A stretch of 64,000 nt of DNA, from NCBI RefSeq assembly GCF_009914755.1, contig NC_060937.1; one strand, 5' to 3'. This DNA comes from the human T2T-CHM13v2.0 reference genome, Homo sapiens. A program made the translations under genes and the position numbers. Within the stretch, counting starts at the first letter, position 1. Each line of letters opens with the position of its first letter. Shown one piece after another: positions 16,940 to 30,217 of this stretch. Below the pieces are notes generated by a model that was not told where the DNA came from, ran no database searches, and worked only from the letters and a program-made list of their open reading frames with translations.

Positions 16940-17030
16940 CAGAGGTGGAAGGATTTTCAGTGAAGGCATAACCTAACTCTTCATTTTGCAAATGAGAAAG
17001 CTGAGGTCTAGAGACAATAAATAATCACTG
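16940..17030 (-). mobile_element. MIR fragment
   Basis: tcattttgcaaatgagaaagctgaggtctagaga is the antisense MIR core. Confidence 0.6.
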
Positions 17031-18019
17031 AGGATGAAGATGTTTTAACTTCTGTGGCTTTACAATATAGTTTACTATCTGGATGGGCTAGTCTCCTCAT
17101 CTTTTCTAGAATTTTCCTGGCAGTTACATCACACAGTGAGGGCTGTTACTAAGCCTGTGGGAGGGCTGGAGAGGCTGCCCTTCTATGTCCTCTTAATATC
17201 TAAGTTGCTGTAGACCTCACTGTTAAAATACTATACCCTTACTCCTAGGAATGCAGTTCCAGAGGAGTAAAGAACTTTTATGCCCAAATCAAAAGGCTCC
17301 ATAAAGATGCGTGATGGCAACAGAATGTAAGGTCTCTGTGGAAGCCTGGGGTGCACAGCTTTGAGGGGCTCACTGGGCTGGGCCAGGCCTGGACGTTCAA
17401 CGGCCATCCGGCTTGCTGAGTACTTGTTTTTCTTCACTAACACACGAACTCCTGAGAAGCAAGAAAAACATAGGCTGAAGCCCAACTAGTCACTGCTACA
17501 TGCTTTAAGAATATTCCCTCCCCCATGCAAAAGAGAACTGAAATTTGGAAGGTAGTAATTTATATTTATACTCTTTATTCATGAAAGAGGTTATTTGTTC
17601 ATAAAAATAGTTGTCAGAGATGAATATATTTACATAAGAATATAGTTTAAAATCACAAGGATTTCAACTTTCTGGGTCATTCTGCTGACGGACAATTTGA
17701 AAAAAAATACTTCATTGTGCACACAAATGATCTTTGGTTTATTGCCATTTGCAGCTCTTACTTAAGTGAAGGAAGGAAATTTCCTCACCCCATTTCCTAG
17801 TGTTCCAAGCTCAATAGGTCTACCCCTTGCTCTACTTTTATCATTATGTCACATATTTCAAAGTTATGTAGTTCATCTTTGAATGCATGTTTTCCATTTT
17901 TCTTCTTATATTATGTTCATCCTGTTTCTTACTGTAATGCAAAGAAAAATGTATATTCAGGTTAAATTCATCTAACTTCTGGCAAGTGTAAGAGACTGTG
18001 TGAGACTCATATTTTGTAT

Positions 18020-18150
18020 CATTAAACCTGCAAAATTATATGAGATATGCATTACTAGTCTCAAGATGGGAAAATTGAGTCTCATAAAGAGGAACTATAT
18101 CTCCAAGTCCAATAGCAAGTTCATGTTGGAGAAGGACATTTAGGTGGTTC
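18020..18150 (-). mobile_element. MIR fragment
   Basis: agatgggaaaattgagtctcataaagagg antisense MIR-core-like. Confidence 0.45.
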
Positions 18151-18169
18151 TGAATGGGCTGTGTCTTAC

Positions 18170-18610
18170 TTATCCCTCTGACCTCATCTCATGCTACTTC
18201 TCTCTTTCCCCACTAAGCTGTAGGCATAATGGCTTTATTTCTCTTTATCAAATACTCCAAGCTCTTTCTCATCCTAAGAACTTTGCATTAACTCTCCCCT
18301 CTGCCCGATAATCTTTTCATGATGATCAACATATTGGTGGCCCCTTCCTTTCATTTTGATTTCACTGTAAATATCACCTCCTCCAATAATTCTTTCTAAT
18401 CTAGTGCAGTCAGCCACACAGTGCCTTTCTCATACCAATGTACTTTAACTCTCAGCATAGCCCTAAGAAATATCTACTACTACATTTCCTGCCTATATTT
18501 AAAAATAAATCTCCTTTTATAAAAATACAAGCTCTACAAAGCACAAACATTCTCTTGTTTCTGTTTCCCTCAGCCCCTAGAACATCACCTAGATGGCACC
18601 CAGTAGAGGT
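18170..18610 (+). mobile_element. L2 3' fragment
   Basis: tctgacctcatctc...ctttgcattaactctcccctctgcc...aatatcacctcctcc...cagcccctagaaca...tggcacccagtag. Confidence 0.7.
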
Positions 18611-19424
18611 TGGACAGGTGATTGGTGACTGTCTGTAACTTGCTGAGACCAAGGGGAGGGTTGGTACATGAGAAAAGTTTAAACCCTGGCTCTTGCCCTC
18701 AGGATTTGTAACCCAGCACCTGGTGTGTCTTCAAGCAGAAAAAGTCCTATACAATTAGATTGAGACTGTGGTGTAGATTTATCAGATGCTAAAAATAAGT
18801 ATCCATATGTAAATTTTGAGGGGAGCAAATTTATTCCAGATATTTAAACTAATTTTATATTGATAACCTAAACTTCTTATAATATGTATCTTTAAAAATA
18901 CCACATACCAAGGACTTACTGCAAAGTAAGTATGGAAGAATAATGTGCCCACATTTTGAAGCCTTTCTTGATATGGAAAAACATGATATAGCAAGATGTC
19001 CAGGAGAAGACTTAAAGGAGTTTGTGATAAAGAGTAAGATATAGAGACCAAGAGAACAGAGGCCAGAGATCTCAGGTGCTAGACTGTGGTCTCCTTGAAA
19101 GTAGAGATTGTACGGATATTTCTGAGTCGTCTCATTCCTTGTGATTGTACCTCTGGTTCTCACCTTATCATTACCCACAGAAGACAAAATACACATCTAT
19201 TGAGTGATTGAGAGCCTATGGAATTTCAAATCCAAAGGATATGACATAGTTCTTACCTCCTAAGTAGTTTCCTGTATAAATGATATAAACAGCATCAATT
19301 CCAAACATAATGTATATTAGGCATATTAAGGCCTGGAACTCTCCAGGGTCAGTTGGAGCTTATTATGGGACAGATCTGAAGAGCCCCATTAGGGTTTTGC
19401 TTTCTGTAGCGTGAGTTGGTGGAA

Positions 19425-19850
19425 TGGTTAAATCGAATTTGTGGGAGGCCGTTGTTTGGACCGAGCTGCTGCACTCAGCCCCAACAGACCAGACCAAACC
19501 AGAATAAAGTCATTCATGCCAGGTGTCATATCAAACTGAACTTTGAAACAGGCCTCTTTCCCCCAAAACAGTAGATTCACAGCAACTGATCAGAAGGCCC
19601 AGTCTTCCTGAGCTGGCATGATAAGGAGGTCCCTTTGTTGTATCTCTGTAAGGAAAGTCACTTGGAAAAAACCTATCCGCTTTGGTTGCCTATTTCTGCT
19701 TTCTTCAGTACTTTACGGCCTACAGAGCCCATCCCCTCTGCTCAGCTCATCAGACTGCCTGTGGATCCACAGCTGGAATGCTGCTCAATTCATGAATTGT
19801 GAATAAAAGACAGATTTTAAACTAAACTTGTTGAAATTGTGTTTTTTGAG
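19425..19850 (+). mobile_element. ERV1 (MER4-group) solo LTR, LTR47/MER72-like
   Basis: gggaggccgttgtttggaccgagctgctgcac...ccaacagaccagaccaaaccagaat; AATAAA near the 3' end; subfamily uncertain. Confidence 0.7.
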
Positions 19851-22389
19851 AGTACTAAAATTGTATTTTCATAATCTTAACATGAATCCAAAGACTGGGG
19901 TGAAACTGGTTGTCATCCATCATCATATACTATCCTATACCTTATTTATCTGCATTTCAGGAAGAAATGTAAAATAAGAATAATATTTTTATTTTTCTAT
20001 TTTTTACTAGTCTTATATAAAAGGATTTTGCTTCTGTTCTATTTGGATATAGTTGTTGGGTCTTCGGAGTTCTATGTTTTCTTACCATTCTTTTAAAATT
20101 ATAAGTTTTTCTTGATTGTAACTTTTATAATCATGAAAAACAAATGCCTTTCGCATATTTGCCACCCAAAGAGAACAACTGTTTTGGTGTATTTCTTTTT
20201 ATATTTGTTTTACATATGTAAAATCACTGCAAATATTGAATTTTAGGTACTGAAATCAGATAAACTGGTTCATAAATTTTCAGTTTATAACTAATGCCAA
20301 ATGTTCCCAATAAGAGGAGATAACAATTAACTTAACTAGTTTGTCAACACTGAATATAGAATAGGTTTATATCTTCCCTTTTTTTCATATAAAGCTGTTT
20401 TATATTTTAGATTATTTTTAATCTGAGTATATGTTGTAAATTCAGATTTTTATTGCAGATGATTGCCTTATTGAACAGTGAGAAAGGGTGAGAAAATTTT
20501 AAGTTGCTTAAATAACTATTTCCAGACTGTTTTCAGAAGTTTGGGACATATATTGCCTCAGCAACGCATACATAAGATTTCTATTTCACATACACCCATC
20601 AGCATTAGATAACATGTTAGAAATAGAACTCTAATTTTGCCAGTGAAAAAATAGATTTCTTCATGAATTTATTTTAACATTTTCTTGTTTACATAATGAG
20701 GTAAAATATTTTCAATATACATAGTGGACCTTTCCTTCTTTGTTAATTGTTACTTGTTTTTTATAAATATCACCACTGCCATTTCTATAGTAATAATTCT
20801 ATTTTTACTGTGAGGATGAAACAACTAAAGGCCCAGCCTCTTTCCAGAACTTTAACTCATTAAAATAGATAAGAGCACCTCACAGCAAAGACAGAAATGA
20901 ACTATGCAATTTTACATTATCATCTCTGCTGTGCTTAGGCAAAATATTGCAAGAGTATTTTTTTTTAAAGAGGGAGAAAGGGTCCAGAGAGTTGCAATAA
21001 TTTGTCCACGGTCAGACATCTAGTAAATACTACACTTAGAGTTTTTTTAACTGTAATTTCAAAATTTCCCACCGCATCTGAGGTTCTCACTGATGACATA
21101 CAAACCTCTAAGAGAGACAATCTGGGGAGGATGGTGAGCTTTCATAATAATCATCGCAGTTTTTCTACCTACCAACATATGCATTTTCATAAAATCAATC
21201 ATCCAGAGGTATGCGCCAGAGCAAAAAATATAGCCACAGGTGGCATTAGCTTTCACCTGTTAAGGGGCACCTTGGACTAACCAGCAGACATTTTCCAATT
21301 ACCTGTACCATCTGAACTTAATGGGATTCTTAGAAGAGAAGCTCATGTATAAGGCTCCACTCTTCTTCAATCCCTTTATCTGTGTCCTAAGTGCAGAATG
21401 CCATCTCTTGCTGAGCTCTGCTTATGGAGCTGGCATTTGCTACACATGTTTCAAATGCACATGGTATTTGAAAAATGATCCTTCATCTGAACCAGCTTTG
21501 GAGAACTCATTCCACAGGCTGCGCACAAAGCTAGGGATATAACGTAGGCCTGGGAGGCACAGGAAAAGAGCAGATGGTTTTTGAGTATCTGATAAAAGCC
21601 AGCCAGCCAATGTGTGTTTTCAAATGCTGAGATGACTTTTGTTTTTGGTTTACATCACTTGGGCCTTCCCTCAGCAACCTATCATTAATCAAACAATTTG
21701 CCCTGCTTATAACTTCATGGGTATGAGTTGTAAACATTTGTGAAATTGTAATATTTGAAAGTTAACTATTGGCCAATTGAAGGCCTCTGGTGTTCATAGC
21801 ATTATTATCAGATGAGAAATTTTCCACAGCTACTTATGAATATGATGAGCTGTTTGCATTCACATTTTCTGGATATCCTGATTTTGAAATGGAAATTATT
21901 ATGAAAGAAATTGATTTCCAAGTTCATTGCTCTCAGAGCAGTGTAGATGATGCCCAAGTTCCATTAGAATGAGGCTATTTAATACATGAAACTCACAGAG
22001 AAGGGCATTAAGTTTCAAAAGAGCCACTTTGTCCTCAGTTTTCATTCTTGTTTGGTACTCTCGCTCCTGGCGCTATCTCAGAGTCTATATTGGATGGGAA
22101 CTCATGTCTTGGATGACGCATTTTTATTGGTTTGTTGTTTTTTGGACATCTTTATTGAGTACAAAAGGGAGCCTGGGAAATGCCAATAAAGGGAAATTTG
22201 TTAGTTGTCTTCTTTCTTTTAAAACACATTTTTAATGTCTTTTAATCTCTTCCATCTTTCTTTCCTTTCCTCCTTCACTTCTTCCTTCTAATTCCACATA
22301 TCACAGACATTCTTACAGGATGCAAAAACCTGATGATAGTATTGGTAATGACCTGGCCAACTGACAGCAGGCAACAATGTTCTTAACAA

Positions 22390-22615
22390 GCAGGGCCTGA
22401 GTGAGCAAAGAACTGTGAGGCTGAGTCCATCAGTACAGGGGCAGATCCAATCTTTATTTAAAAGTGGAGCATTTTCTTCATCATGAACTTTTTTTTGCAT
22501 TTGATTCTTGTAAATATTGCATTAAATACTATGCATTTTGATTACCAAATTTACTGACACCTCTTAAATTCTGTGCTAGCAGCAAATGCCTCTCTTGTCT
22601 TACCCTACCATGTCT
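22390..22615. mobile_element. hAT-Tip100 non-autonomous DNA transposon (MER69A/Arthur1-like)
   Basis: gatccaatctttatttaaaa...ttcatcatgaactttttttgcatt...aatattgcattaaa...ttgattac...cttaaattctgtgc. Confidence 0.6.
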
Positions 22616-23604
22616 CTATTAAGGAGTAAGATAAACCCCTGTAGAAACAGGAGTACAGTAGATAAAAGTTAGGACAATCTCTATACAGAAATTTAACTCA
22701 TCTGCTAGAAGGTACTAGAGAAAAAGAAAAGAAAATGCAATTCTCCCCAAATTACCTTGGATCCTGGGAGAATAGTGGTGCCATCCAAGTCTCTAGCTAA
22801 CGCTTTAGCCACGGTTACATTTGCATTCATCTGTTACTTTTGAACAGGTTCTATGCCCATACTACTTCTGTACTTTTAAATGATAAAATAATTTTTATTC
22901 TGAAGTAGCATATTCAAATTATTTTTCCTTAAGAGATTATTTTGAAATGTGGGGTTGATATTTTTATCAAAAATGACTATTATATATACACTGTCCCCTT
23001 AACTACAATTTTCCAGTGGCTCAAATAATTTTCAGAATCACATCTCGACTTTTAAAAATCACATTTGTTTAAAAATACCTGTGATGTATCTAAAGCCTTT
23101 TTCTTGTTAGCTGTGTGAAGTTTAAGGTGTGAATTGTATTATTCCTATATATTCTGCTTATTTATCAGAGACTTTTCACTGTATTTGTATAATTCTTCAC
23201 AGTAGGTTTGATTGGTGGTATGATTCCCAGGCTGAGAGAGTTTAAATCCTTTTATTTCCAAGTACACATCACACCAAATGTAACACCATGTACCTGCTAT
23301 CCCAATTACACACATCTGAAAGAAGGAGTTTCCCGAGGCATAAATCTCTCTATATTAGTAGTTCTTCTTATTTCAGAGAATAACTTTGAGTAATTACTGC
23401 TTACATTTCTCCAGTAAAGACAATACTCAGTTTATCGGAACAGCTTATTTCTCAGTCACGGAACCCCTTCAGTCCATAGTACTCTTTCATTTATTCTGCC
23501 CCTTACTGCTGAAGAACTCACAGGATGTGCAGTATAAATAAATATCCTCATGATCTCCAGTGCTAGGACTCAGAAAAACTGGAAGAAACAAAGAAAACTG
23601 CTAG

Positions 23605-23950
<346 letters not shown>

Positions 23951-25869
23951 CAAGGTATTATTTTTCTTTAGGGTCTATGATTTGTTGTTAGTTTCCCTAC
24001 TGTTCCAAATGTAAATTAATTTAAGTAAGTCCCATTTGGAAATTCGCAGAGAAGTGAGTCCGAATTGCCTTTCTCCCAGGGAGGAGTAAACATCTGTCCT
24101 TGATCAAGCTCATAATTAGCTCAGCTAAGGGAGAAGATGAAATAAGGTGAGGGCGATAAGTTGGAAACAGAACTGGGGTGTGGAGCAAAGGAAGAGAAAA
24201 GAGTAAGGACTAAGCAAAAATCCACAATAAGGGCTTGAGGTTTATATATCCCTGGTCCCTTGGTCCCCTTCCCGATGGCCCAGCCAAGAACACTCCTAGA
24301 GTCTGACTCCATGCATCATGCCACACTGGCAGCTGCAGTTTGAGCCCAGATCACAAATGCATAATGCATGTCGCCTCTTCATGGAGAAACATCTGCATTT
24401 GCCTGGTTCTTCCCTTGGCAGAGGGCACATTCATCATCCCTGGGGAAGTGTGTTTGTGGGAGCAGCTGTGAGAGGACACTGCGCAGAAGGACCGAGGGGC
24501 CTGTTGGTACATTTGCCAGCTTGATCTGCTTTGTGGTAATAAACTCCAGGAATGTCTAAACCTGGACTTGTCCAAAAGAAGAAGGTTGTTTTTGTTGGAA
24601 TGTCTGGGTTTTATTCATGTTCCCCAAGATTCCCATTTCAGAATCTTTAAATTTTATGGGTATTTTTAAAGCTATAAAACAGTGAGTTCTTAAATATGCT
24701 TCTAGGACATAGAACCCCCCAAAAGTCTAGATTTGGTTCACCAAGAAAGTCCACGCCAGATACTTTGACCGTCATCTGAACCACTCCCCTCCCCGCCCAC
24801 CACAATTCAACATTTTCCACTCATAACATCATGACATTATAACTGTGCTCTCTGGCAGTTGTGTCATTGGTGATTAGTAAAACACTGAAACAATGACATC
24901 ATGTCTATAAAATAATCACAAAAAATGCCGAATATTAGTGACTAAGTCTCAGAATGGAATTTGAGCAACGCCTGTAGTGACTAGGTTCACTTTATATATT
25001 CTGATCTTGCAGAATTCGAGTAAGTTTACCTTCTACCTCCTTCTCTTTCCCTAATTTTGCCCTTCCCCCATTTCTCCACTTTCTCAGCTCCTTCCTTTCC
25101 CAAGGAGTTTGCAATAAGAAGACCTGTTAAGTTTCAAAATCACCCAATTTACCCTCTGGTCCTTATTGGAAGCTTTTCTTCATTTCCAACTAGAAGCACA
25201 GATCTTCTGTAGATACAGGTACTGTTTGAGCTTCCAGACACTTCACAGTTCACAAGCAGTGGTCGAGGTATGGAAATTTTAAAACACACACATTGTCCAG
25301 ATGAACGCAAATAAAAACCTGTCTTGCCTACTTGGATCATGGAAACTAGGAATACAGATCACAAAAGTTAGTGGTATGTAAGAACTGAAATTCAGTCCAA
25401 CACCTTCACTGACTGTCTTGAACATTTTTAAAAACACAGTAGGCTTTTAAGCTTAAGCCAGAGTGAATTGTAAAGGAAATACCATCCATGTGGTAAAACA
25501 TCAAAAATGCCCTGCACCATTTGCTACATCACTGGCTTCTCTCAGCTCATTATTGTTGCTGGGTCTTCAATTAACCTCAAAGTTTGTATCCGTAGAAGAA
25601 GTGCATATACATAATTACAAATATTAAGAGCATGTTCTCCTTTTTCTGTGCTCCTGATAGTACTCTCTTACCATTAGTAATCACTTTTTTTTTTCTAATT
25701 TTATTTTAGCAGTGGTCTAGCATTTATGCTCTAGACGTATTTTTTGAAGTGTGACATGAAACCCAAGGGTTGCTCAAATATATTTTAAAGTCTATCTTGG
25801 AATCAGAGCAGGTAAGGAGATCTCCCACTTCTCTTTATTTCACAATAACTTGCTTGTTTGGATATTAAT

Positions 25870-25965
25870 TTCCAGAAGACAGGAACCTTACTGATGTACC
25901 ACCCTGTTCTTTGTGCAGAGTAGATGCTCAGTAAACATTTGTTGGAATGAATGGTGAATAAATGC
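25870..25965 (+). mobile_element. L2 extreme 3' end
   Basis: cagagtagatgctcagtaaacatttgttggaatgaatg. Confidence 0.65.
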
Positions 25966-28900
25966 TGTTCTGTATATTTTATTTTTAAAAATAAAGTTTG
26001 AAAATCACTATCATATTTTCATCTTTCACTTCTGTGATCCTTTACATGATTGCTAAAAGCATTTTGGCTGGCTGTGAGCTCACCTAACTCCCCATCAAGA
26101 TTTCTGAATGTGAGGCACCAACACCCCAAGCAGCCTCATTACTACCCCACTGAAAGGGTTGATTCCTTGACTCTTGTGCTCGTTTTGCATCAGCGAGTCC
26201 TGCTACAAAGATCCTTGAACACGTGGTGATTTTAACGGGGCTAATAGATTTTAAGATTTCAAATTAAGCACCTAGAAAAGGACCCAAACTGGGCAGCCCT
26301 TTTAACAAGTCTTCGCTGTTCAGTGGCCCGTTTAGCATAGAAACTTTCTGTGAACTCTGTAGGTGACCTTTTCCCTTTCTTTGTTTCCACTTAATCAGAT
26401 TGCATGCGACCTTTGGGAGCCTAAGGCTTCGATGTTGAGAAGAGTACATGAAAGGATTAAAAAAAAATAATACATTTTTTGGTACATTGCCTTTGGAGGC
26501 ATATTAAAATCCTCTTGAATGCTGTTGTCTTTTTCTCATTGAAAATACCCAGCCTGTTTTCTATATAAACAGCCCTTTTCTTTTATCTTGGTGATATTGT
26601 TTTACAATCCAACCTTATGGCTTAACTATTTTATTTGTCTCAAAATCATTTTTTTTAGCATGGCCCAATTATTAGAAACAATCTCACTCATGTGAAAAAG
26701 AATTGTTAGTGATCTTTCTTTCAACTAAGGAGAAAAACAAATATACAAACAGCACTGTTCCCCTGTAGGATTTGCGTTGGTTGGTCAGACATACTTTCTC
26801 TGGATTGTTACCTGAAATTGAAAGGGAACTATGGCGATCTGAGTATTCCTCCCATCTGTCATTTGCATGGGGACTCTTGCCTAGGCCACCAACTCAAAAA
26901 AGAAAAAATAAAGATTGCTGCATTTGGAGGCTAGAACAACGCTGCATTATTTTATATCTTAAAATGAAGGTGAATCAGGAAAAGGCATTAGAAGGACTAT
27001 AAACAAAACATCAGGTGATGTATATTTGCGAAGTGGGTTTTGGCGAAATTACAGAGCAGATGATGTTTGCTTTTGTTGTCATTCGGGTCCTAAATCTCCC
27101 AGTTTGCTCCTGCCCTGCTTTTCGTTCACTCTCCCTGCCTTACTATCTCATTCTGTAGAGAGCCCTTCTCAAATCTCTGTCAATAGTAATGTACACTTGG
27201 AGTTGGGAAACCTTTTCTGTAAAGGCCAACATGGAATGCACTGCTATTAGGGATTTTTCTGTCTTCATTTTTGTTTGCAGTATTTTATTGTTAGAGACAA
27301 CACCTTCCAAAATGCAGTGCCTCATTATGAATCCATTTCCTCTGCCCTCAGTTGCAGAGCCACAGACTTGAATGAATATAGGAGGAAAAGTACTGGTGCA
27401 AATAGAAGAATTTTGGTACTCTGGAGGCCTCCCCTGCCTCCCCTAGCCCAGATTTGCAACCCACAGCAAAGCGACAATCACAGTGCCTCTCTCACATTTG
27501 TGAACTATGGGGCTGACAACCTACATTCTGGCAGCATGATTCCTCTGGTTTCTGGCAGGAAGGTATGTTAGCACCCTCTATATTTTAGTAGCTGAGAATT
27601 TCTCTTAGATTCTGGCACACCATTTGGTTGTTGGCCCTCATTTACAGTGAGAGATGTTGGAAATGAAATGTATATTTGCAGTGTGTCTTTCAAGCTGCTT
27701 TGCTGGGAAGTTGAGAGCACAGCTGCTAATCACACCTAACATGTATTCCTAGATCACATTTCCAGCTAATGTCATGCCTCTCTGTACTAGATGGCCCAGT
27801 CATGCAAATGGAGTAGAAGCTTTGGTGTTGCACCCACACGAATGTCAGATACTGTGGGTCATTACCTGTAGAGTTTACTGAGTACTTTTTCTAGATCTTG
27901 AGTGCCACGATATAGTAATTTTTCTGCAACCTTAAATGGAATAATGACAATATATTTTTTGATAAAAAATTAGCTTTGAGGCTTTAAGGTCTTGCTGCAG
28001 AGAGATCATTTATCACACTATTTGAAGAAATTTTAAAAACTAGATGTATTTGGAAAGCAGCTTTATCCATCGAATGCTATATGCTTGAATAAAAGCTACC
28101 GTAACCTGAGTTTTATAATTAGACAGCTGGAAACTCTACATAAATATTGGACATCCATGGCAGATTAAAAGGAAATGGGTCACTTGGAAGACTGGTAATG
28201 GAATCTTGGACCTAACTGAGCCAGGTTCTTTCACATAAGGGAACCTCAGTTCACCGTTCAGCTTAATTTAAAGATTACTGGCTAATTTGGTTTTAAAGGT
28301 ACTAAAGGTGAGGAATAGAGGCATAAATTAAAGAGGCTTGTGAAAGATCACAAATTAGAGTCAGAGACTGAACTAGACCCTAAGTGAACTGGATTCCACT
28401 CTATCTGTCCTCCTTTTGAGCAAGGTCTCAATTTGAGTCATCCATTGCTAGTATAACCCTCTCAGGAAAGGCCTTTTGTTTCATAGATCTTTGTAAGTGT
28501 ACTCAGAATCAAACACAGAACATCAGACACAATGATTGCTCAAACCATAATTTGTGAAGGAATTTAATTCTATCATGAGCATTTCCTGACCTCCAGCATC
28601 TCATACTCCTTTGTTTACTCATGTACCTGTGTCTAGGTAAGACCTTATGTCTCTGATTCATCCACAACAACTTTCTTCACAATAGAAACTGTCAAGGTCA
28701 ACTATGTGTCACTTAGGTGTTTTAATCTTTGCACAGAAATGTTATTTTTTCTTGCCATTCTGGAAGAATTTCACAAGCATTTCAGAGACTGACTAAATGA
28801 TTACAGAATTTGTGCATTTCTGCCAAATTGTGTTGAATAACAACAACAAAAATAAATAGCATTAGTCCTGAAGTCATGCAGGAGCAGGTTTAGACAGAGA

Positions 28901-30217
28901 ACAAAGCATGGTATTTGTGAATTGGCCAACTAACATGCTTCACACAACACTAGCTGTATTGTCAGCAATAAAAATCTGAGAAAAGGTCTTGGCAAGTGTG
29001 CTGTACATTTCTTTGTTTTTGAGCTTTGATAATATGTTGGCTGTGATGTGATCTTTAATACACCAAGACATGTAAAATGCAGCTTGTTTTTAAAAGCCAT
29101 TGCCAATAACTGACAGATATTTATTTCAATGGCAGCAGTGGTCTGAATGTCTCATGTCATTCTGTACTTGCTCACTTTTCCATGAATAAGTTATCATGTA
29201 AAGCGGACATGTTTGGACTTATTTGAACTCATTATATAACCCCAGGTTAGTGAGGGCTGTCTTGGAAGGCTCAGGGAGAATTGCTGTATCTCTAGTACAT
29301 TTAACTCTGTTTCAGTTCTTGATTTTGCTCTTACTATATTGACGACCAAAGCACTTCAGTTTCGTGATAAAATATCCAACAGATCAGCATTCAAAAGTTT
29401 GTCCTGAGGCATTTTTGTGTAAGTGCAACCTATTATAATGGTTTCTTTGGTAGTAGAGTATTTTATGTATAATTTTGTTCATAGAATGAGAACCATAAAG
29501 ATACCCAGTTTTATCATTACATGCAGGAATGAACTTATCAAAGCCAAAGTAACAGATGCTTATGCACCTTCGATAGAACTAATTCCTTAAGGAAAGTCCC
29601 CATAAAGAGTCGTAGAAGTTGCATTTTGATGTAACTTCTATGCATTTTAATGAAAAACCTCCTCGGAAAATTATAGGTTATAGTTATAGATAATTACCAA
29701 TATCATAGATTTTTATTTCGTTAGCTCACATTTATCTTTAATAGTTAATTTACATTATTGCACTGAGGGACTGAGAGTTTCCTGGGGAAGAAAAGAGAGG
29801 GTAAAGTCATTTAGGAATATAGTGCATTATCTATGAGGAGCAAAGCAGTGGCAAAAGGTGGAATGAGCAGGTAGTAGTATTACGGTATTGAAAGAATACA
29901 AAGAGAGGGTCAATTCTTTGGTTCAGATTCTATTAATATTTCTTCAGAAGACAGGAGGCTCTAAACTAGTGTTTGAAAACTGGCAGCCATGTTTTCTTGA
30001 GCTAATAAAGTACTTTAAAAAGCTTTGAGTTTGAATGCTTTTAGGTGAATATGCTGTCTCTGGTACCAGAAACCCTAGTGTTTTATAGTCCAAGGCCCTG
30101 AAGGCTTTGGAGTTTAGGAACTCAAATTTACCATGCTTGATCTGTAGAGCACTATCATGCAAAGTGCTGTTGGAGTTTTAGACACTATGTGAATTCTATG
30201 TAAAAATATAATCTAAG

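Noticed and set aside
28692-28700. Perfect ERR/SF-1 site TCAAGGTCA (also nuclear-receptor half-sites at ~55095-55120)
   Set aside because: A single 9-mer has a substantial chance of occurring in 64 kb; no independent support
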